A stretch of DNA of 64,000 bases from an uncultured Chloroflexia bacterium (GCA_963766735.1 CAVYBU010000004.1:32001-96000); one strand, 5' to 3'. Counted from the stretch's first letter, positions 38,458 to 49,356 are shown. Notes: generated by a model not told the origin, from the letters alone. Made by a program: numbers and translations.

Positions 38458-39222
38458 ATGGCACGGATCCAGTCGCTCGACCGCGGTCTCCGCATTCTCG
38501 ATGCGCTCGCCGAGGCCGATGCGGACCCGGTGCGGCGGGACCGCGGCGTGCCGCTCTCGGTCATCACCGCTGAGCTGGACGTCCACAAGACCACCGCCCT
38601 GCGCCTCGTCCAGACGCTCGTCGCATCCGGCTATGCCGCACCCGCGGAGGGTCGAGGCAGCTACCGGCTGGGACCTGCGATGAGCCGGGACCATGACCTC
38701 GCGGCCGGGACCGAGCGCCTGAAGCGCATGGCCAGGCCGTACCTCGAGGACCTGGTGGTCCAGACCGGGGAGTGCGCCCACGCGGCCGTCGCCGACGGCG
38801 ATCGGGCGCTGGTGATCGACGACGTGGAGACGGACCAGCCGCTACGGGTTGTTCCCGCACCCGGCCGGCACGTCCCGCTCCACTGCACGTCGGCCGGCAA
38901 GTGCCTGCTGGCGTTCGGGTCGGCCGAGATGCCGGAGTCCCTTCCGCAGCGGACGGCACGCACGATCACCAGCGCGACCACGCTTCGCGTGCATCTCGGT
39001 GAGATCCGGGATCGGGGCTACGCGGTCGACGACGAGGAGAACGATCCCCACACGCGCTGCATCTCGGCTCCCGTGTTCGGGACGAATGGAATGCCGATCG
39101 GCTGCATCGGCATCGACGCACCCAGCGTCCGGCTCACCGCCGAGCGCATCCCCGCAGCAGCGGCGCTCGTCGCGGACGCGGCCCGACGGCTGTCACACGC
39201 ACTTGGAGGCGGGCGCCCGTAA
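38458..39222 (+). CDS. IclR-family transcriptional regulator
   Basis: IQSLDRGLRIL, KTTALRLVQTL, PLHCTSAGK, GYAVDDEE, CISAPV. Confidence 0.92.
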   Translation: MARIQSLDRGLRILDALAEADADPVRRDRGVPLSVITAELDVHKTTALRLVQTLVASGYAAPAEGRGSYRLGPAMSRDHDLAAGTERLKRMARPYLEDLVVQTGECAHAAVADGDRALVIDDVETDQPLRVVPAPGRHVPLHCTSAGKCLLAFGSAEMPESLPQRTARTITSATTLRVHLGEIRDRGYAVDDEENDPHTRCISAPVFGTNGMPIGCIGIDAPSVRLTAERIPAAAALVADAARRLSHALGGGRP

Positions 39223-39264
39223 CAGCGGGCTTCCCGGACGATCACAGGTCCTGGAGGATTGGGC

Positions 39265-41175
39265 ATGACCACGATTCGACTCACGACCGGACAGGCGGTC
39301 GTCAACTACCTGGCCAACCAGTACGTCGAGCGGGACGGCATCGAGCACCGCTTCTTCGCCGGCCTCTGGGGCATCTTCGGGCACGGCAACATCGGCGGCG
39401 TCGCCCAGGCGGTCCAGCAGGCGGAGGCCGGCTTCCCGTACTACCTGTGCCGGAACGAGCAGGCGATGGTCCACGCCGCCGTGGGCTACGCCAAGCTCAA
39501 GAACCGCCTCGGTGCGTTCGCGTGCCTGACCTCGATCGGGCCCGGCGCGACCAACATGGTCACCGGCGCCGCTTCGGCGACGATCAACCACGTGCCGGTG
39601 CTGCTGCTCGCGGGCGACGCCTTCGCGGAGCGCGTCCAGTCCCCCGTCCTCCAGCAGCTGGAGCACCCGGGATCACAGGACACCAGCGCGAACGACACGT
39701 TCCGCCCTGTCGTCCGCTACTGGGACCGGATCAACCGACCCGAGCAGGTGATCACGGCGCTGCCCGAGGTCATGCGGATCCTGACCTCGCCCGCCGACAC
39801 GGGCGCGGTCTTCCTCGGCCTGCCGCAGGACATCCAGACCTACGCGTTCGACTTCCCGGAGGAGATGTTCGCGAAGCGGGTCTGGTCGATCGCGCGCAAC
39901 CGGCCCGACCGCGGCCTCGTGGAGGCTGCCGCACGGTGGATCCGCGAGAGCCGGCGCCCCGTGATCTTCGCTGGTGGCGGCGTCCGCTACAGCGAGGCGA
40001 CCGACGCGCTGCGGAGCTTCGCCGAGCAGACGGGGATCCCCGTCGCGGAGACCCACGCAGGCAAGGGCTCGCTCCCCTACGACCACCCCCTGAGCCTCGG
40101 CGGGGCGGGCGTCTCGGGGACGCTGGCCGCCAACATCATCGCGCCCGAGGCGGACCTGGTGATCGGCATCGGGACACGGTTCACGGACTTCCCCACCGCG
40201 TCCAAGACGGCGTTCCAGGATCCGGACGTCCGCTTCATCAACATCAACGTCGCCGAGTTCGATGCCTTCAAGCACGCCGCGGTGCCGCTGGTCGGCGACG
40301 CCCGGGCGACGCTGGAGGAGCTGGCGGTGGCCGTCGGGGACTTCTCGACCGCGCCCGAATACCGGGAGCGTGTCGCTGCCCTGAACAAGGAGTGGGACGC
40401 CGAGGTGGAGCGCGTGTACGCCCACAGCGTCGGCGACATCCTCACCCAGGGCGAGGTCATCGGCGCCGTGGAGGCCTCCGCGGATGCGCGCGACGTGGTC
40501 GTGACGTCCGCGGGCAGCCTGCCGGGCGACCTGCTGAAGCTCTGGCGCTCGCGCGACGCCGCCAGCTACCAGGTGGAGTACGGCTACTCGACCATGGGCT
40601 ATGAGATCGCCGGCGGCCTCGGAGCCAAGCAGGCCGCGCCCGACCGCGAGGTCTACGTGATGGTCGGCGACGGCTCGTTCCAGATGATGAGCTCCGAGAT
40701 CACCACCGCGGTCCAGGAGGGTCTCAAGCTCATCGTCGTTCTCGTGGACAACAAGGGCTTCTCCAGCGTCGGGCGCGTGTCCGAGCAGGTGGGCGCCGAG
40801 GGCTTCGGCTGCCACTACCGTCTCCGGGGACCCTCCGGTGCCTACGACGGTCCGGAGATGCAGCTCGACTTCGTCAGGATCTGCCAGGGGATGGGCGCCA
40901 AGGCACTGGAGGTCAAGACCCTCCCCGACCTCCGGGCGGCCCTCGCGGACGCCCGCGCCGGCACCGAGACGGTCTGCATCGTGGTCCAGACGGACTGGGA
41001 CGAGCGGGTCCGCGGCTACGCCAACTCCTGGTGGGAGATGGCCACGCCACAGGTCTCGGAGATGCCCGCGGTGAACGCCGCCCGCGAGGAGTTCGACCGC
41101 AACAAGGGGCGCCAGCGCTACCTGATGATCCCCGGCGCACCCTACTCCCGGGCGTCGGCCGACACGGACTCCTAG
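39265..41175 (+). CDS. iolD: THcHDO hydrolase (TPP-dependent), copy 1
   Basis: GIFGHGN, NEQAMVHAA, TSIGPGATNM, PVLQQLE, AGSLPGDL, EYGYSTMGYEI, GDGS. Confidence 0.92.
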   Translation: MTTIRLTTGQAVVNYLANQYVERDGIEHRFFAGLWGIFGHGNIGGVAQAVQQAEAGFPYYLCRNEQAMVHAAVGYAKLKNRLGAFACLTSIGPGATNMVTGAASATINHVPVLLLAGDAFAERVQSPVLQQLEHPGSQDTSANDTFRPVVRYWDRINRPEQVITALPEVMRILTSPADTGAVFLGLPQDIQTYAFDFPEEMFAKRVWSIARNRPDRGLVEAAARWIRESRRPVIFAGGGVRYSEATDALRSFAEQTGIPVAETHAGKGSLPYDHPLSLGGAGVSGTLAANIIAPEADLVIGIGTRFTDFPTASKTAFQDPDVRFININVAEFDAFKHAAVPLVGDARATLEELAVAVGDFSTAPEYRERVAALNKEWDAEVERVYAHSVGDILTQGEVIGAVEASADARDVVVTSAGSLPGDLLKLWRSRDAASYQVEYGYSTMGYEIAGGLGAKQAAPDREVYVMVGDGSFQMMSSEITTAVQEGLKLIVVLVDNKGFSSVGRVSEQVGAEGFGCHYRLRGPSGAYDGPEMQLDFVRICQGMGAKALEVKTLPDLRAALADARAGTETVCIVVQTDWDERVRGYANSWWEMATPQVSEMPAVNAAREEFDRNKGRQRYLMIPGAPYSRASADTDS

Positions 41176-41179
41176 GGTC

Positions 41180-42277
41180 ATGGACACGCCCGATACCGCG
41201 TCCAGCCTCCTCCTGGACACCGTGCGCACCACTCCCACGGAGTTCTGGAACGATTCGTGCGCCTCCGATGAGCTGGAGCACGCGATCGCCGACGGCGCCA
41301 CGGGCGCCACCTCGAACCCGCCGCTCGTCCTCGACGTGCTGCGCAGGGAGCCGGAGCCCTGGGCCCGCCGGGCCCGCGAGCTGTACGCGGCGTTTCCCAC
41401 TGCAACCGAGGCGGACCTGTCGTGGCGGATCGCGGAGGAGATCGCGGTCCGCGGAGCGAAACTGCTGGAGCCGGTCTTCGAGCGGACCGCGGGACGCCAG
41501 GGGCGCCTGTCGATCCAGGTGAGCCCCGTGCTCTACCGCGACGCCGGGGCGATGGTCGAGCAGGCAGCCCGGTTTGCCGGGCTCGCTCCCAACCTGCAGG
41601 TGAAGCTGCCGGTGACGACCGCGGGCATCGCCGCGATCGAGGAGGCGACGGCCCGGGGTATCAACGTCAACGCGACGGTCAACTTCACGGTGGCGGGCGC
41701 CATCGCGGTGGCCGAGGCCGTGGAGCGGGGGCTTGGGCGCCGGGCGGCCGGCGGTCACGACGTGACGATCCTCCACCCGGTCTGCACGCTGATGGTGGGC
41801 AGGCTGGAGGACTGGATGAGGGTGGTCTGCGAGCGCGACGGCATCCTGATCACCCCAGGCCGCACGGACTGGGCGGGCGTGGCCGCGTTCAAGCGTGCCT
41901 ACGCCATCTATCGGGAGCGCGGGTACCGGACCCGCCTCCTGGGTGGGGCGTTCCGCAACCACCTCCCGTGGTCACAGCTCATCGGCGGGGACATCGTCCT
42001 GACGATCCCTCCGGCGTGGCAGCGGCTGGTCAATGCGTCTTCGATGGAGGTCGTGTCCCGGATCGACGAGCCCGTGGATGACGCGATCCTCGCGGAGCTG
42101 CTCGACAGGATCCCCGACTTCCGGCGGGCGTACGAGCCGGACGGGCTGGCGCCGGGCGAGCTGGAGGGCTACGGCGCCGCCGTCAGGACCCTGCGCCAGT
42201 TCGTCGCCGCCTACCATGACCTGCAGGCACAGGTCCGCGACTTCGTGCTCCCAAACCCCGATCGCCAGGCCCGCTGA
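41180..42277 (+). CDS. Atypical transaldolase-family protein, copy 1
   Basis: WNDS, GATSNP, Schiff-base VKLP, NVNAT; 4 nt downstream of iolD. Confidence 0.85.
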   Translation: MDTPDTASSLLLDTVRTTPTEFWNDSCASDELEHAIADGATGATSNPPLVLDVLRREPEPWARRARELYAAFPTATEADLSWRIAEEIAVRGAKLLEPVFERTAGRQGRLSIQVSPVLYRDAGAMVEQAARFAGLAPNLQVKLPVTTAGIAAIEEATARGINVNATVNFTVAGAIAVAEAVERGLGRRAAGGHDVTILHPVCTLMVGRLEDWMRVVCERDGILITPGRTDWAGVAAFKRAYAIYRERGYRTRLLGGAFRNHLPWSQLIGGDIVLTIPPAWQRLVNASSMEVVSRIDEPVDDAILAELLDRIPDFRRAYEPDGLAPGELEGYGAAVRTLRQFVAAYHDLQAQVRDFVLPNPDRQAR

Positions 42278-42305
42278 GGAACCCTGACCGGGGTTCGGGA
42301 GGGCG

Positions 42306-42363
42306 CAGGTCCAGCCGCCCCAGGTCCCGCCGCCCCAGGTCCAGCCGCCCCAGATCGCCGCCC
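42306..42363. repeat. 15-bp tandem repeat (3 copies plus 1 degenerate copy)
   Basis: CAGGTCC(A/C)GCCGCCC x3, then CAGATCGCCGCCC, ending just before the -35 box. Confidence 0.85.
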
Positions 42364-42364
42364 C

Positions 42365-42407
42365 TTGACGCGGCTGGATTGCTGATCTAACGTAGGCAAT
42401 CGATTAC
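42365..42407 (+). promoter_or_regulatory. Sigma70 promoter with LacI-type operator
   Basis: TTGACG-N17-TAACGT; GCAATCGATTAC at 42396-42407. Confidence 0.8.
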
Positions 42408-42535
42408 ACAGACACGCCGGAGGCGATCTCGCGCATGCACAACCGATCGCATCGCCCCCGATCGCGCGTCGGTTCCGGAGGCCAGTGCCGGGTCGTCACT
42501 GTCCGCCTCCGGCGTCCATCGGTCGGGTCTCGCTG

Positions 42536-43582
42536 ATGGACAAGACGGCCCGTCCCACCATCAGCGACGTCGCCGAACGCGCGGGCGTGTCCACCGCCAC
42601 GGTCAGCCGCGTCCTCGCGGGCATCGGCCGCTCCCGACCCGACACCGCAGCGGCCGTGGTCGCTGCAGCCGATGAGCTCGGCTACCGCCCCTCGGGCGTC
42701 GCGCGCTCGCTGCGCATGCAGCGGACGCGAACATTCGGGCTGATCGTCTCCGACATCCAGAACCCGTTCTTCCCCGAGCTTGTCCAGGCCGTGGACGACG
42801 CGGCGCGCGCCGTCGACTACTCGATCCTGCTCGGCAGCGCCGCCTACGACGAGAAGCGCGCCGTGCACTACCTGGACCTCATGGTGGACCGCCGCGTCGA
42901 CGGGATGATCGTGGCATCCAGCCTGATCTCGGACACGAGCTGGCGATGGCTGCTCGCCTCCCCCGTTCCGGTCATCGTCGTCAACGTCGAGCCACCGGAC
43001 CACCGTGTTCCCGCCATCGTGAGCGACAACGAGGGCGGCAGTCGGCAGGCCGTGGAGCACCTCGTCGGGCTCGGGCATCGACGGATCGGCTACATCCGTG
43101 GGCCGCAGACGTTCACCGCGGCGGCGCCCCGGCTCGAGGGCTTTCACCAGGCGTGTGCGGATGCCGGGCTGGCACCGGACGACCTGGCGATCCTGCGCGG
43201 CGATGGCCAGGTCGAGGGTGGCGAGCTGGCCGCGGCGCAGATGCTGGTGCAGGCGCCGTGGGTGACGGCGATCGCCTGCTACAACGACCTCACCGCCATC
43301 GGTGCGCTCCAGGCCCTGAGGGCGGCCGGTCGCCGCGTGCCTGGAGACATCAGCGTCATCGGCTTCGACGACATCGCCGCCGCCTCGTGGGTCGTGCCCG
43401 CGCTGACGACGATCGGCCAGGCAAAGGCCGACATGGGCCGGCTCGCAGTCGAATACCTGGTCCGGGCCCTCGAGGGCGGTGCGTCCGAGCCGGTGCCGGA
43501 GGTGCGCCGCCTGGCGCTCGCGCTCCGGGTCCGGGAGTCAACGGGCCCCGCGCCCGTGTCCGCTGGGGCACCTGACCGGTAG
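42536..43582 (+). CDS. LacI-family transcriptional regulator (likely regulator of the cyclitol genes)
   Basis: [48 protein letters not shown]. Confidence 0.93.
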   Translation: MDKTARPTISDVAERAGVSTATVSRVLAGIGRSRPDTAAAVVAAADELGYRPSGVARSLRMQRTRTFGLIVSDIQNPFFPELVQAVDDAARAVDYSILLGSAAYDEKRAVHYLDLMVDRRVDGMIVASSLISDTSWRWLLASPVPVIVVNVEPPDHRVPAIVSDNEGGSRQAVEHLVGLGHRRIGYIRGPQTFTAAAPRLEGFHQACADAGLAPDDLAILRGDGQVEGGELAAAQMLVQAPWVTAIACYNDLTAIGALQALRAAGRRVPGDISVIGFDDIAAASWVVPALTTIGQAKADMGRLAVEYLVRALEGGASEPVPEVRRLALALRVRESTGPAPVSAGAPDR

Positions 43583-43653
43583 CGCCGTCACCACATGTCG
43601 TCAATCGCCACGACCCCGATCGCCGGGGCATCGTGACAACAAGGAGTCACCAC

Positions 43654-44553
43654 ATGGTTCGGATAGCGAACGCTCCCTGCTCCTGGGGCGTCATCGAAGG
43701 CATCGAGGGTGACCGGAACGGGTACCGCCGCGTGATCGACGAGATCGCCGAGACGGGCTACGCCGGAACCGAGCTTGGTGACTGGGGCTTCATGCCCACT
43801 GACCCGGAAGAGCTCCGGAGCGAGCTCGATGCCCGCGGACTTGCCCTGGTCGCGTCTTTCTCGGTTCCCGTCCTCCAGGACGCGGCCCGCCACCGGGAGA
43901 GCGCTGATGAGGCGGTCAGGATAGGCAAGCTGCTGGCCGCCGTCGGCGGCCCGGACACCCTGATCGTCCTGGGCAACGATCCGTACGGCGATCCCGTCCG
44001 TGGCGGGATGGCCGGCCGGATCACCGCCGAGCAGGGTATGAGCGAGGAGCAGTGGAAGGTCTTCGCGGAGGGCGCCAACTACCTCGCCGGCCGAGTCAGG
44101 GACGAAGCCGGCATCCGCACGGTCATCCACCAGCACATGGGCACGCTGATCGAGACCGGGGACGAGGTCCGCCGCCTTCTCGAGATGACGGATCCGTCCC
44201 TCCTGGGAGCCTGCCTCGACACCGGGCACTGGACGTTCGGGACGGGCGGAGACCCGGTGGCTGCCGTCCGTGAGCTGGGCGACCGCATCTGGCACGTCCA
44301 CTTCAAGGACTGCGACCCGGCCGTCATGGCCGCGTCCCGCGAGCAGGGGTGGGACGGGCTCACCTCCACCGGACACGGCGTGTTCTGCGAGCTCGGCAAG
44401 GGCTGCGTGGATTTCCCTGGCGTGCTGCGAGCGCTCGACGAGATTGGCTACGACGGCTGGATCGTCGTGGAGCAGGACATCCTGCCCGGCATGGGCATGC
44501 CTCGCGAGAGCGCCCGCCGCAACCGCGAGTACCTGGGGTCCATCGGCGTCTGA
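43654..44553 (+). CDS. IolE-like inosose dehydratase / xylose-isomerase-like TIM barrel, copy 1
   Basis: APCSWG, GTELG, HQHMGT, LDTGH, HVHFKD, ELGKG, VEQD. Confidence 0.8.
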   Translation: MVRIANAPCSWGVIEGIEGDRNGYRRVIDEIAETGYAGTELGDWGFMPTDPEELRSELDARGLALVASFSVPVLQDAARHRESADEAVRIGKLLAAVGGPDTLIVLGNDPYGDPVRGGMAGRITAEQGMSEEQWKVFAEGANYLAGRVRDEAGIRTVIHQHMGTLIETGDEVRRLLEMTDPSLLGACLDTGHWTFGTGGDPVAAVRELGDRIWHVHFKDCDPAVMAASREQGWDGLTSTGHGVFCELGKGCVDFPGVLRALDEIGYDGWIVVEQDILPGMGMPRESARRNREYLGSIGV

Positions 44554-44700
44554 CGCCCCTCCCTGCGCGCCGGGCGACACCCCTGCCGTCCGGCGCGCTT
44601 CCCCCGCGGGCCGACCGTACTCCATCGCGGGGCCGCGTCAGCGCGTCGCAGCGTCATCGATTGCGGCGCAGCGGCTGCCGCACGGCTTCGTCAAACCAAC

Positions 44701-44722
44701 TGCCCGCCGGGACCGGCGGGCA
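44701..44722. terminator. GC-rich hairpin between convergent genes
   Basis: TGCCCGCCGG-GA-CCGGCGGGCA perfect inverted repeat. Confidence 0.5.
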
Positions 44723-44766
44723 GCAATCGGGTGGTGGGTCAGCCCGCGTGGGTCAGGCCCGGTTGG

Positions 44767-45627
44767 TCAACTGCTGGCTGGCGACTGCGAACTGGCGTCG
44801 GCGAGAGCCTCGAGCTCGAGCGTCAGCTCATGGAGCTCACTGCCGCCGCCCATGTAGCCGTGAAGCCGCTCGGAGTCGATCTCACCACGTTTGAAGGTGC
44901 CCGAGATTCGTCCCCGTGAGAGCACGGTGAACGTGTCCCCGATCGGCAGGGCGTGGAGCACGTTGTGGGTGATGAACACGACGCCCAGGCCACGGTTCCG
45001 CGCGGCGATGATGTGCCGCAGTACGGTCGCCGCCTGCTTGACGCCCAGCGCCGAGGTGGGCTCGTCGAGGATGAGGACCTTCGCGCCGAAGTACTCCGCG
45101 CGGGCGATGGCCAGCGTCTGGCGTTCGCCACCCGACAGAGTGCCGACCGCCTGGCTGGTGTCGCGGACGTCGATCCCGATCCGCGCCATCTCCTCCTTGG
45201 CGACGCGGTCGGCCATGCCGCCGTCCCATCGCCGGAGCGGACCGTACCCGACGGTGGGCTCGTTCCCCAGGAAGAAGTTTCGGCTGATGCTCATGAGCGG
45301 CATCACCGACAGATCCTGGTACACGGTCGCGACGCCGGCGTCGAGCGCCTCCCGGGGCGCCGAGAAGCGGACGTCCTTGCCGTCCACGGCGAGCGTCCCC
45401 TTGTCGGGCGCGAACACGCCCGAGAGGATCTTGATCAGCGTGGACTTGCCGGCACCGTTGTCGCCCAGCAGGCACACGATCTTGCCGGCGTGAACGGCAA
45501 GCGACACGTCCTCCACCGCAACGACGGCGCCGAAGTACTTGGAGACGTTGCGCGCCTCGAGCAGCGCCGGGCCCTCGGGCGCGGTTGCCGACGTCGCCGG
45601 GGCGAGGGTATCGACTCGGGGTTCCAT
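44767..45627 (-). CDS. Sugar ABC transporter ATP-binding protein
   Basis: [34 protein letters not shown]. Confidence 0.92.
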   Translation of the reverse strand: MEPRVDTLAPATSATAPEGPALLEARNVSKYFGAVVAVEDVSLAVHAGKIVCLLGDNGAGKSTLIKILSGVFAPDKGTLAVDGKDVRFSAPREALDAGVATVYQDLSVMPLMSISRNFFLGNEPTVGYGPLRRWDGGMADRVAKEEMARIGIDVRDTSQAVGTLSGGERQTLAIARAEYFGAKVLILDEPTSALGVKQAATVLRHIIAARNRGLGVVFITHNVLHALPIGDTFTVLSRGRISGTFKRGEIDSERLHGYMGGGSELHELTLELEALADASSQSPASS

Positions 45628-45643
45628 GATGGTCGGCCCTCCC

Positions 45644-46702
45644 TCAGCGCAGGCCGGCGAAACGGCGCCGGATCCAGTTGTTGAGTACCACCGCGATGAG
45701 CAGCAACGACCCGAGGGCGACGTTGTACCAGTCGGCGTTGATGCCCGCGAAGAAGATGCCGATCTGGGCCATGCCCAGGGCGGCCGCACCGATGGCGGTG
45801 CCAACCACCGAGCCGTAGCCGCCGACCAGCAGCGTGCCGCCGATGACGGCGGTTGTGATGGCGCGCAGCTCCATGCCCTGGCCGCGCAGCACGTCCGAGG
45901 AGTAGTAGGTCATCGACTGGATCGCCGCCAGCACCGCCGCCGAGAGGGCGGTGCCCGCAAACAGCATGATCTTCACGCGGGCCACCGGGACGCCGAGGTT
46001 GCGTGCCGCGACCGCAGAGCCGCCGACGCCGGCAATCCAGTTGCCGAACGACGTTCGCGAGTACACATAGGCCCCGAAAGCCGCGATGACGACCCACCAC
46101 AGGATCGAGACCTTGATGTCGCCACCCATGGGCAACGTGATGCTCGCCCGGAACAGCTGGGCGATGGGATCGGCGTCGATGACGGCCCGGTCGATCGGGA
46201 TGTATGTGATGTTGGTGATCTCGGCGGTGGCGACGATCGTGATGCCCTTGATGATGAACAGCGTGGCCAGCGTGACGATGAACGACGGCAGGCCGGTCCG
46301 CACCACGATGAGGCCATTCATGACGCCCAGCAGCGTCGTCAACAGCATCGAGATCCCGATGGCCGCCCACACCGGAGTGCCGAGCTCGGTGATGCAGATG
46401 CCGGTCACGATGCCCGCGAACCCGACCAGCGAACCGACCGAGAGGTCGAACTCGCCGGCGATCATGAGCAGCGCCACCGCCGTGCCGAGGATCCCGATCT
46501 GGGCGGCGACGTCGAGATAGCTCAACGTGCCTTCGGGGGTCAGGAACCCGCTGCTTCCTCCAAGGATCGCGAACACGACCCACACGAACACCACGATGAT
46601 CGCCGCACCCGCCGCGGGGCGGGCGAGGATGCGCTCGTACAGCGGGATGTGGCGAAGTCGCGAGTTCTGTCCCGACGTTGTCCCGGGTGTCTCTGCCATC
46701 AC
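45644..46702 (-). CDS. Sugar ABC transporter permease (RbsC-like)
   Basis: [36 protein letters not shown]. Confidence 0.92.
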   Translation of the reverse strand: MMAETPGTTSGQNSRLRHIPLYERILARPAAGAAIIVVFVWVVFAILGGSSGFLTPEGTLSYLDVAAQIGILGTAVALLMIAGEFDLSVGSLVGFAGIVTGICITELGTPVWAAIGISMLLTTLLGVMNGLIVVRTGLPSFIVTLATLFIIKGITIVATAEITNITYIPIDRAVIDADPIAQLFRASITLPMGGDIKVSILWWVVIAAFGAYVYSRTSFGNWIAGVGGSAVAARNLGVPVARVKIMLFAGTALSAAVLAAIQSMTYYSSDVLRGQGMELRAITTAVIGGTLLVGGYGSVVGTAIGAAALGMAQIGIFFAGINADWYNVALGSLLLIAVVLNNWIRRRFAGLR

Positions 46703-46724
46703 CTACCTCCGGCGAGAAACCGGA

Positions 46725-46749
46725 CGGGGCCGGCCGTTGGCCGGCCCCG
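46725..46749. terminator. Intercistronic hairpin after the binding-protein gene
   Basis: CGGGGCCGGCC-GTT-GGCCGGCCCCG. Confidence 0.55.
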
Positions 46750-46782
46750 CCCAGGCACGTTACGTGGTGAGGTTCGAGCCCG

Positions 46783-47811
46783 TCAGCGGAGCCCGGCGGC
46801 GGCGAGTGAGATCACGTCGGCCGCGTCGGCCTGGGTGACGAACCCGGGGCCGGTCATGATCAGGCCGGTCCCATCGCCGGTGGGCAGGTTCTTGGTCTGG
46901 ATGTACTGGATCATGAACATCAGGGAGTCATAGCCCTGGATGTACTGCTGCTGGTCGACGGCGAACTCCATGTTCCCGTCCTTGATCGCGTTGAGCACGT
47001 CGGTGGACAGGTCGAAGGTCGCGGTGCGGATCGTGCCGGTCAGGCCGGCCTCCTCGACCGCCAGCAGCATCGGAGACGCTGCAGACGGGCCCAGGGTCAG
47101 GATGCCGTCGATCGTCGGATCGGCCTGGAACGCCGCCTTGATCGTCGCCGTGATCCCGGCCGGGTCAGAGATCTGGCCCGTGAGGACCTTGTCGCTGCCG
47201 TCAACGCCCATGCCATCGAAGAAGCCGTTGCAGCGGTCGGTCAGCGCCTGGTTGGCGACCTCCTGGTTGAAGCAGACCGGGTTCTTGACCCCGGCCTCCT
47301 TGAACTTGGTCCCGGCGCCGAGGCCGGCCTCGTACTCCGTCTGGCCGACGTGGGCGATGAGGCCGAGCTCCTTGAAAACGGTGGAGCCGGAGTTGATCGA
47401 GATGACCGGGATCCCGGCGGCGACGGCCTTCTGGATGGACGGCCCGAGTGCCTCGGCATTCGGGATCGACACGATCAGGCCCGACGGCTTCTTGGCGATG
47501 GCCGCGTCGATGAGCTGCGACATCTTGACGTAGTCGCTCTCGGCATCGGGGGCGCTGTAGTTGTACGTGATCCCGAAGTCCGAGGCGGCGTTCTTGAAGC
47601 CGTTGCGGACCACGCCCCAGAACCCGTCCACGGCCTGGCCGTGGGTCACGACCTCGATGCTGATGTTGTCACGGGTGACCAGGACGCCATCGGCGTCAGC
47701 GCCACCACCGCCACCACCCGCGTCGCTCGCGGCGGGCTCCGACGACCCGCAGGCGGCGACGAGGATCGCGACGCCGGCAAGTGCGACAAGTGCCCTGCTT
47801 CGCAGAAACAT
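46783..47811 (-). CDS. Sugar (inositol-type) ABC substrate-binding lipoprotein
   Basis: Lipobox VAAC, VVTHG..DGFWGVVRNG, GIPVISINSG, VDQQQYIQGY, TGPGFVT. Confidence 0.88.
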   Translation of the reverse strand: MFLRSRALVALAGVAILVAACGSSEPAASDAGGGGGGADADGVLVTRDNISIEVVTHGQAVDGFWGVVRNGFKNAASDFGITYNYSAPDAESDYVKMSQLIDAAIAKKPSGLIVSIPNAEALGPSIQKAVAAGIPVISINSGSTVFKELGLIAHVGQTEYEAGLGAGTKFKEAGVKNPVCFNQEVANQALTDRCNGFFDGMGVDGSDKVLTGQISDPAGITATIKAAFQADPTIDGILTLGPSAASPMLLAVEEAGLTGTIRTATFDLSTDVLNAIKDGNMEFAVDQQQYIQGYDSLMFMIQYIQTKNLPTGDGTGLIMTGPGFVTQADAADVISLAAAGLR

Positions 47812-48083
47812 GCTCGTGCTCCTCCATGTTCCGGGGCGACCTGCCCCGTGTTGCTCCCTGGGTGCCAGATGCGGCGCCCCCCGAGCGGGATGGCCGTGCG
47901 CCCGCAACCGCTCGCCTGCCGCATCGTTGGTGCTTACCGATCCTTTGTCAACCGGGAGTTTGCACCATCCAAGAGGCGCGGTGGCGGCGTACCCGTCGCA
48001 TCGCCGACCGCTCCCGGGCGTGTCGGCCCGGTCCGGCGCTACGATGGTGCTCGAGGTCCGCCACATCGACGCCACGATACTGT

Positions 48084-48095
48084 GTAATCGGTTAC
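48084..48095. promoter_or_regulatory. LacI-type operator
   Basis: GTAATCGGTTAC in the divergent ABC/dehydrogenase intergenic region. Confidence 0.75.
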
Positions 48096-48207
48096 CTGTG
48101 AAGCCCCAAACTGTCGCCACGGGAACCGCCTCGAAGCATCAGCTGCTCCGCGTGGCTGTGTGCGGAGCCGGTCGTACCGGACAGACAGCGCGAACGAGGA
48201 GGCCCAG

Positions 48208-49356
48208 ATGAGCAACACGGTCCGGATCGGCATCGTGGGCACCAGCTGGTGGGCCGACGCCATGTACCTGCCGGCGCTCACGAACCACCCGCTGGCGGAC
48301 GTGCGGGGCGTGGTGGGCGGCACCCGCGCGGAGCACACCCGCGAGTTCGCGGCGCAGTGGGGCATTCCCGGCGCATACGACACGCTCGACGCCATGCTCG
48401 CTGCGGAGCCGCTCGACGCGCTGGTGATCCTGAGTCCCAACGTGCATCACTTTCCGTACACGATGGCGGCGCTCGAGCGCGGACTCCACGTCCTGTGCGA
48501 GAAGCCGCTGGCCTTGACCTCTGCAGAGGCCCGCCTGATGACCGAGGCCGCCGAGCGGGCCGGCGTCGTCACCATGGTGCCGTTCACATACCGCTTCATG
48601 CCGGTCAACCGCTATCTCAAGGAGCTCGTGGACGAGGGCTACATCGGGCGCCCGTACCACCTGAACATGCGCTACTACACCGGCTACGGGCGATCTGGCG
48701 AGTACAGCTGGCGCTTCGACGTCGACCAGGCAGGCTCCGGCGTCACCGGTGACCTGGCGTCACACTGGGCCTACCTGGCGCGCTGGTTCTATGGCGAGAT
48801 CTCGGCCGTCACTGCCGTGTTCGGCCATGCCGTGCCGCGGGCGCCGAGGCCCGACGGCGTCCCGTTCACCGCGGGCGAGGACTCCGCCATGATCCTGCTG
48901 GAATTCGAGAACGGTGCGACCGGATCGCTTCACGTGTCCTCCGTGGCGTACGCGCCCGGTCCGTTCGGGCAGCGCCATGAGATGGACCTGCACGGCAGCG
49001 ATGGCAGCCTGCACGCGATCACGGACTGGGACCTCGTCCAGCGGGTGGACGGCTGCCGGGCGGACGAGCCCGCGACCCATGAGCTACCGATCCCGGACCG
49101 CCTGTTCGGTGGTGCCCGCCGCGACACGGTCGGCAACACCTACAAGGACACGTTCCGCCAGGCCGACCACATGGCGCGCGGGTTCGTCACGGCGATCGCC
49201 CAGCGGACGCCGGCCTCCCCCGACTTCCGCGACGGCCTGGCCGTTCAGCGTGTGCTGGACGCGGCGGGCCGCAGCGCTCGCGAGGGGCGGCGCGTTTCCA
49301 TCGCGGAAATCGTCGCCGACGGGGCCTCGGCGGTGGATCCGGCACACCCGTCGTGA
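48208..49356 (+). CDS. Gfo/Idh/MocA-family oxidoreductase
   Basis: IGIVGT, HVLCEKPL, GDLASH, ED.A, PDFRDG. Confidence 0.9.
   Translation: MSNTVRIGIVGTSWWADAMYLPALTNHPLADVRGVVGGTRAEHTREFAAQWGIPGAYDTLDAMLAAEPLDALVILSPNVHHFPYTMAALERGLHVLCEKPLALTSAEARLMTEAAERAGVVTMVPFTYRFMPVNRYLKELVDEGYIGRPYHLNMRYYTGYGRSGEYSWRFDVDQAGSGVTGDLASHWAYLARWFYGEISAVTAVFGHAVPRAPRPDGVPFTAGEDSAMILLEFENGATGSLHVSSVAYAPGPFGQRHEMDLHGSDGSLHAITDWDLVQRVDGCRADEPATHELPIPDRLFGGARRDTVGNTYKDTFRQADHMARGFVTAIAQRTPASPDFRDGLAVQRVLDAAGRSAREGRRVSIAEIVADGASAVDPAHPS

Noticed and set aside
42306-42363. Possible CRISPR array
   Set aside because: The units are contiguous 15-mers without unique spacers, and there are no cas genes.
44654-44665. 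Sixth LacI operator-like sequence (TCATCGATTGC)
   Set aside because: Only a half match, and it lies between convergent gene ends where no promoter is expected.
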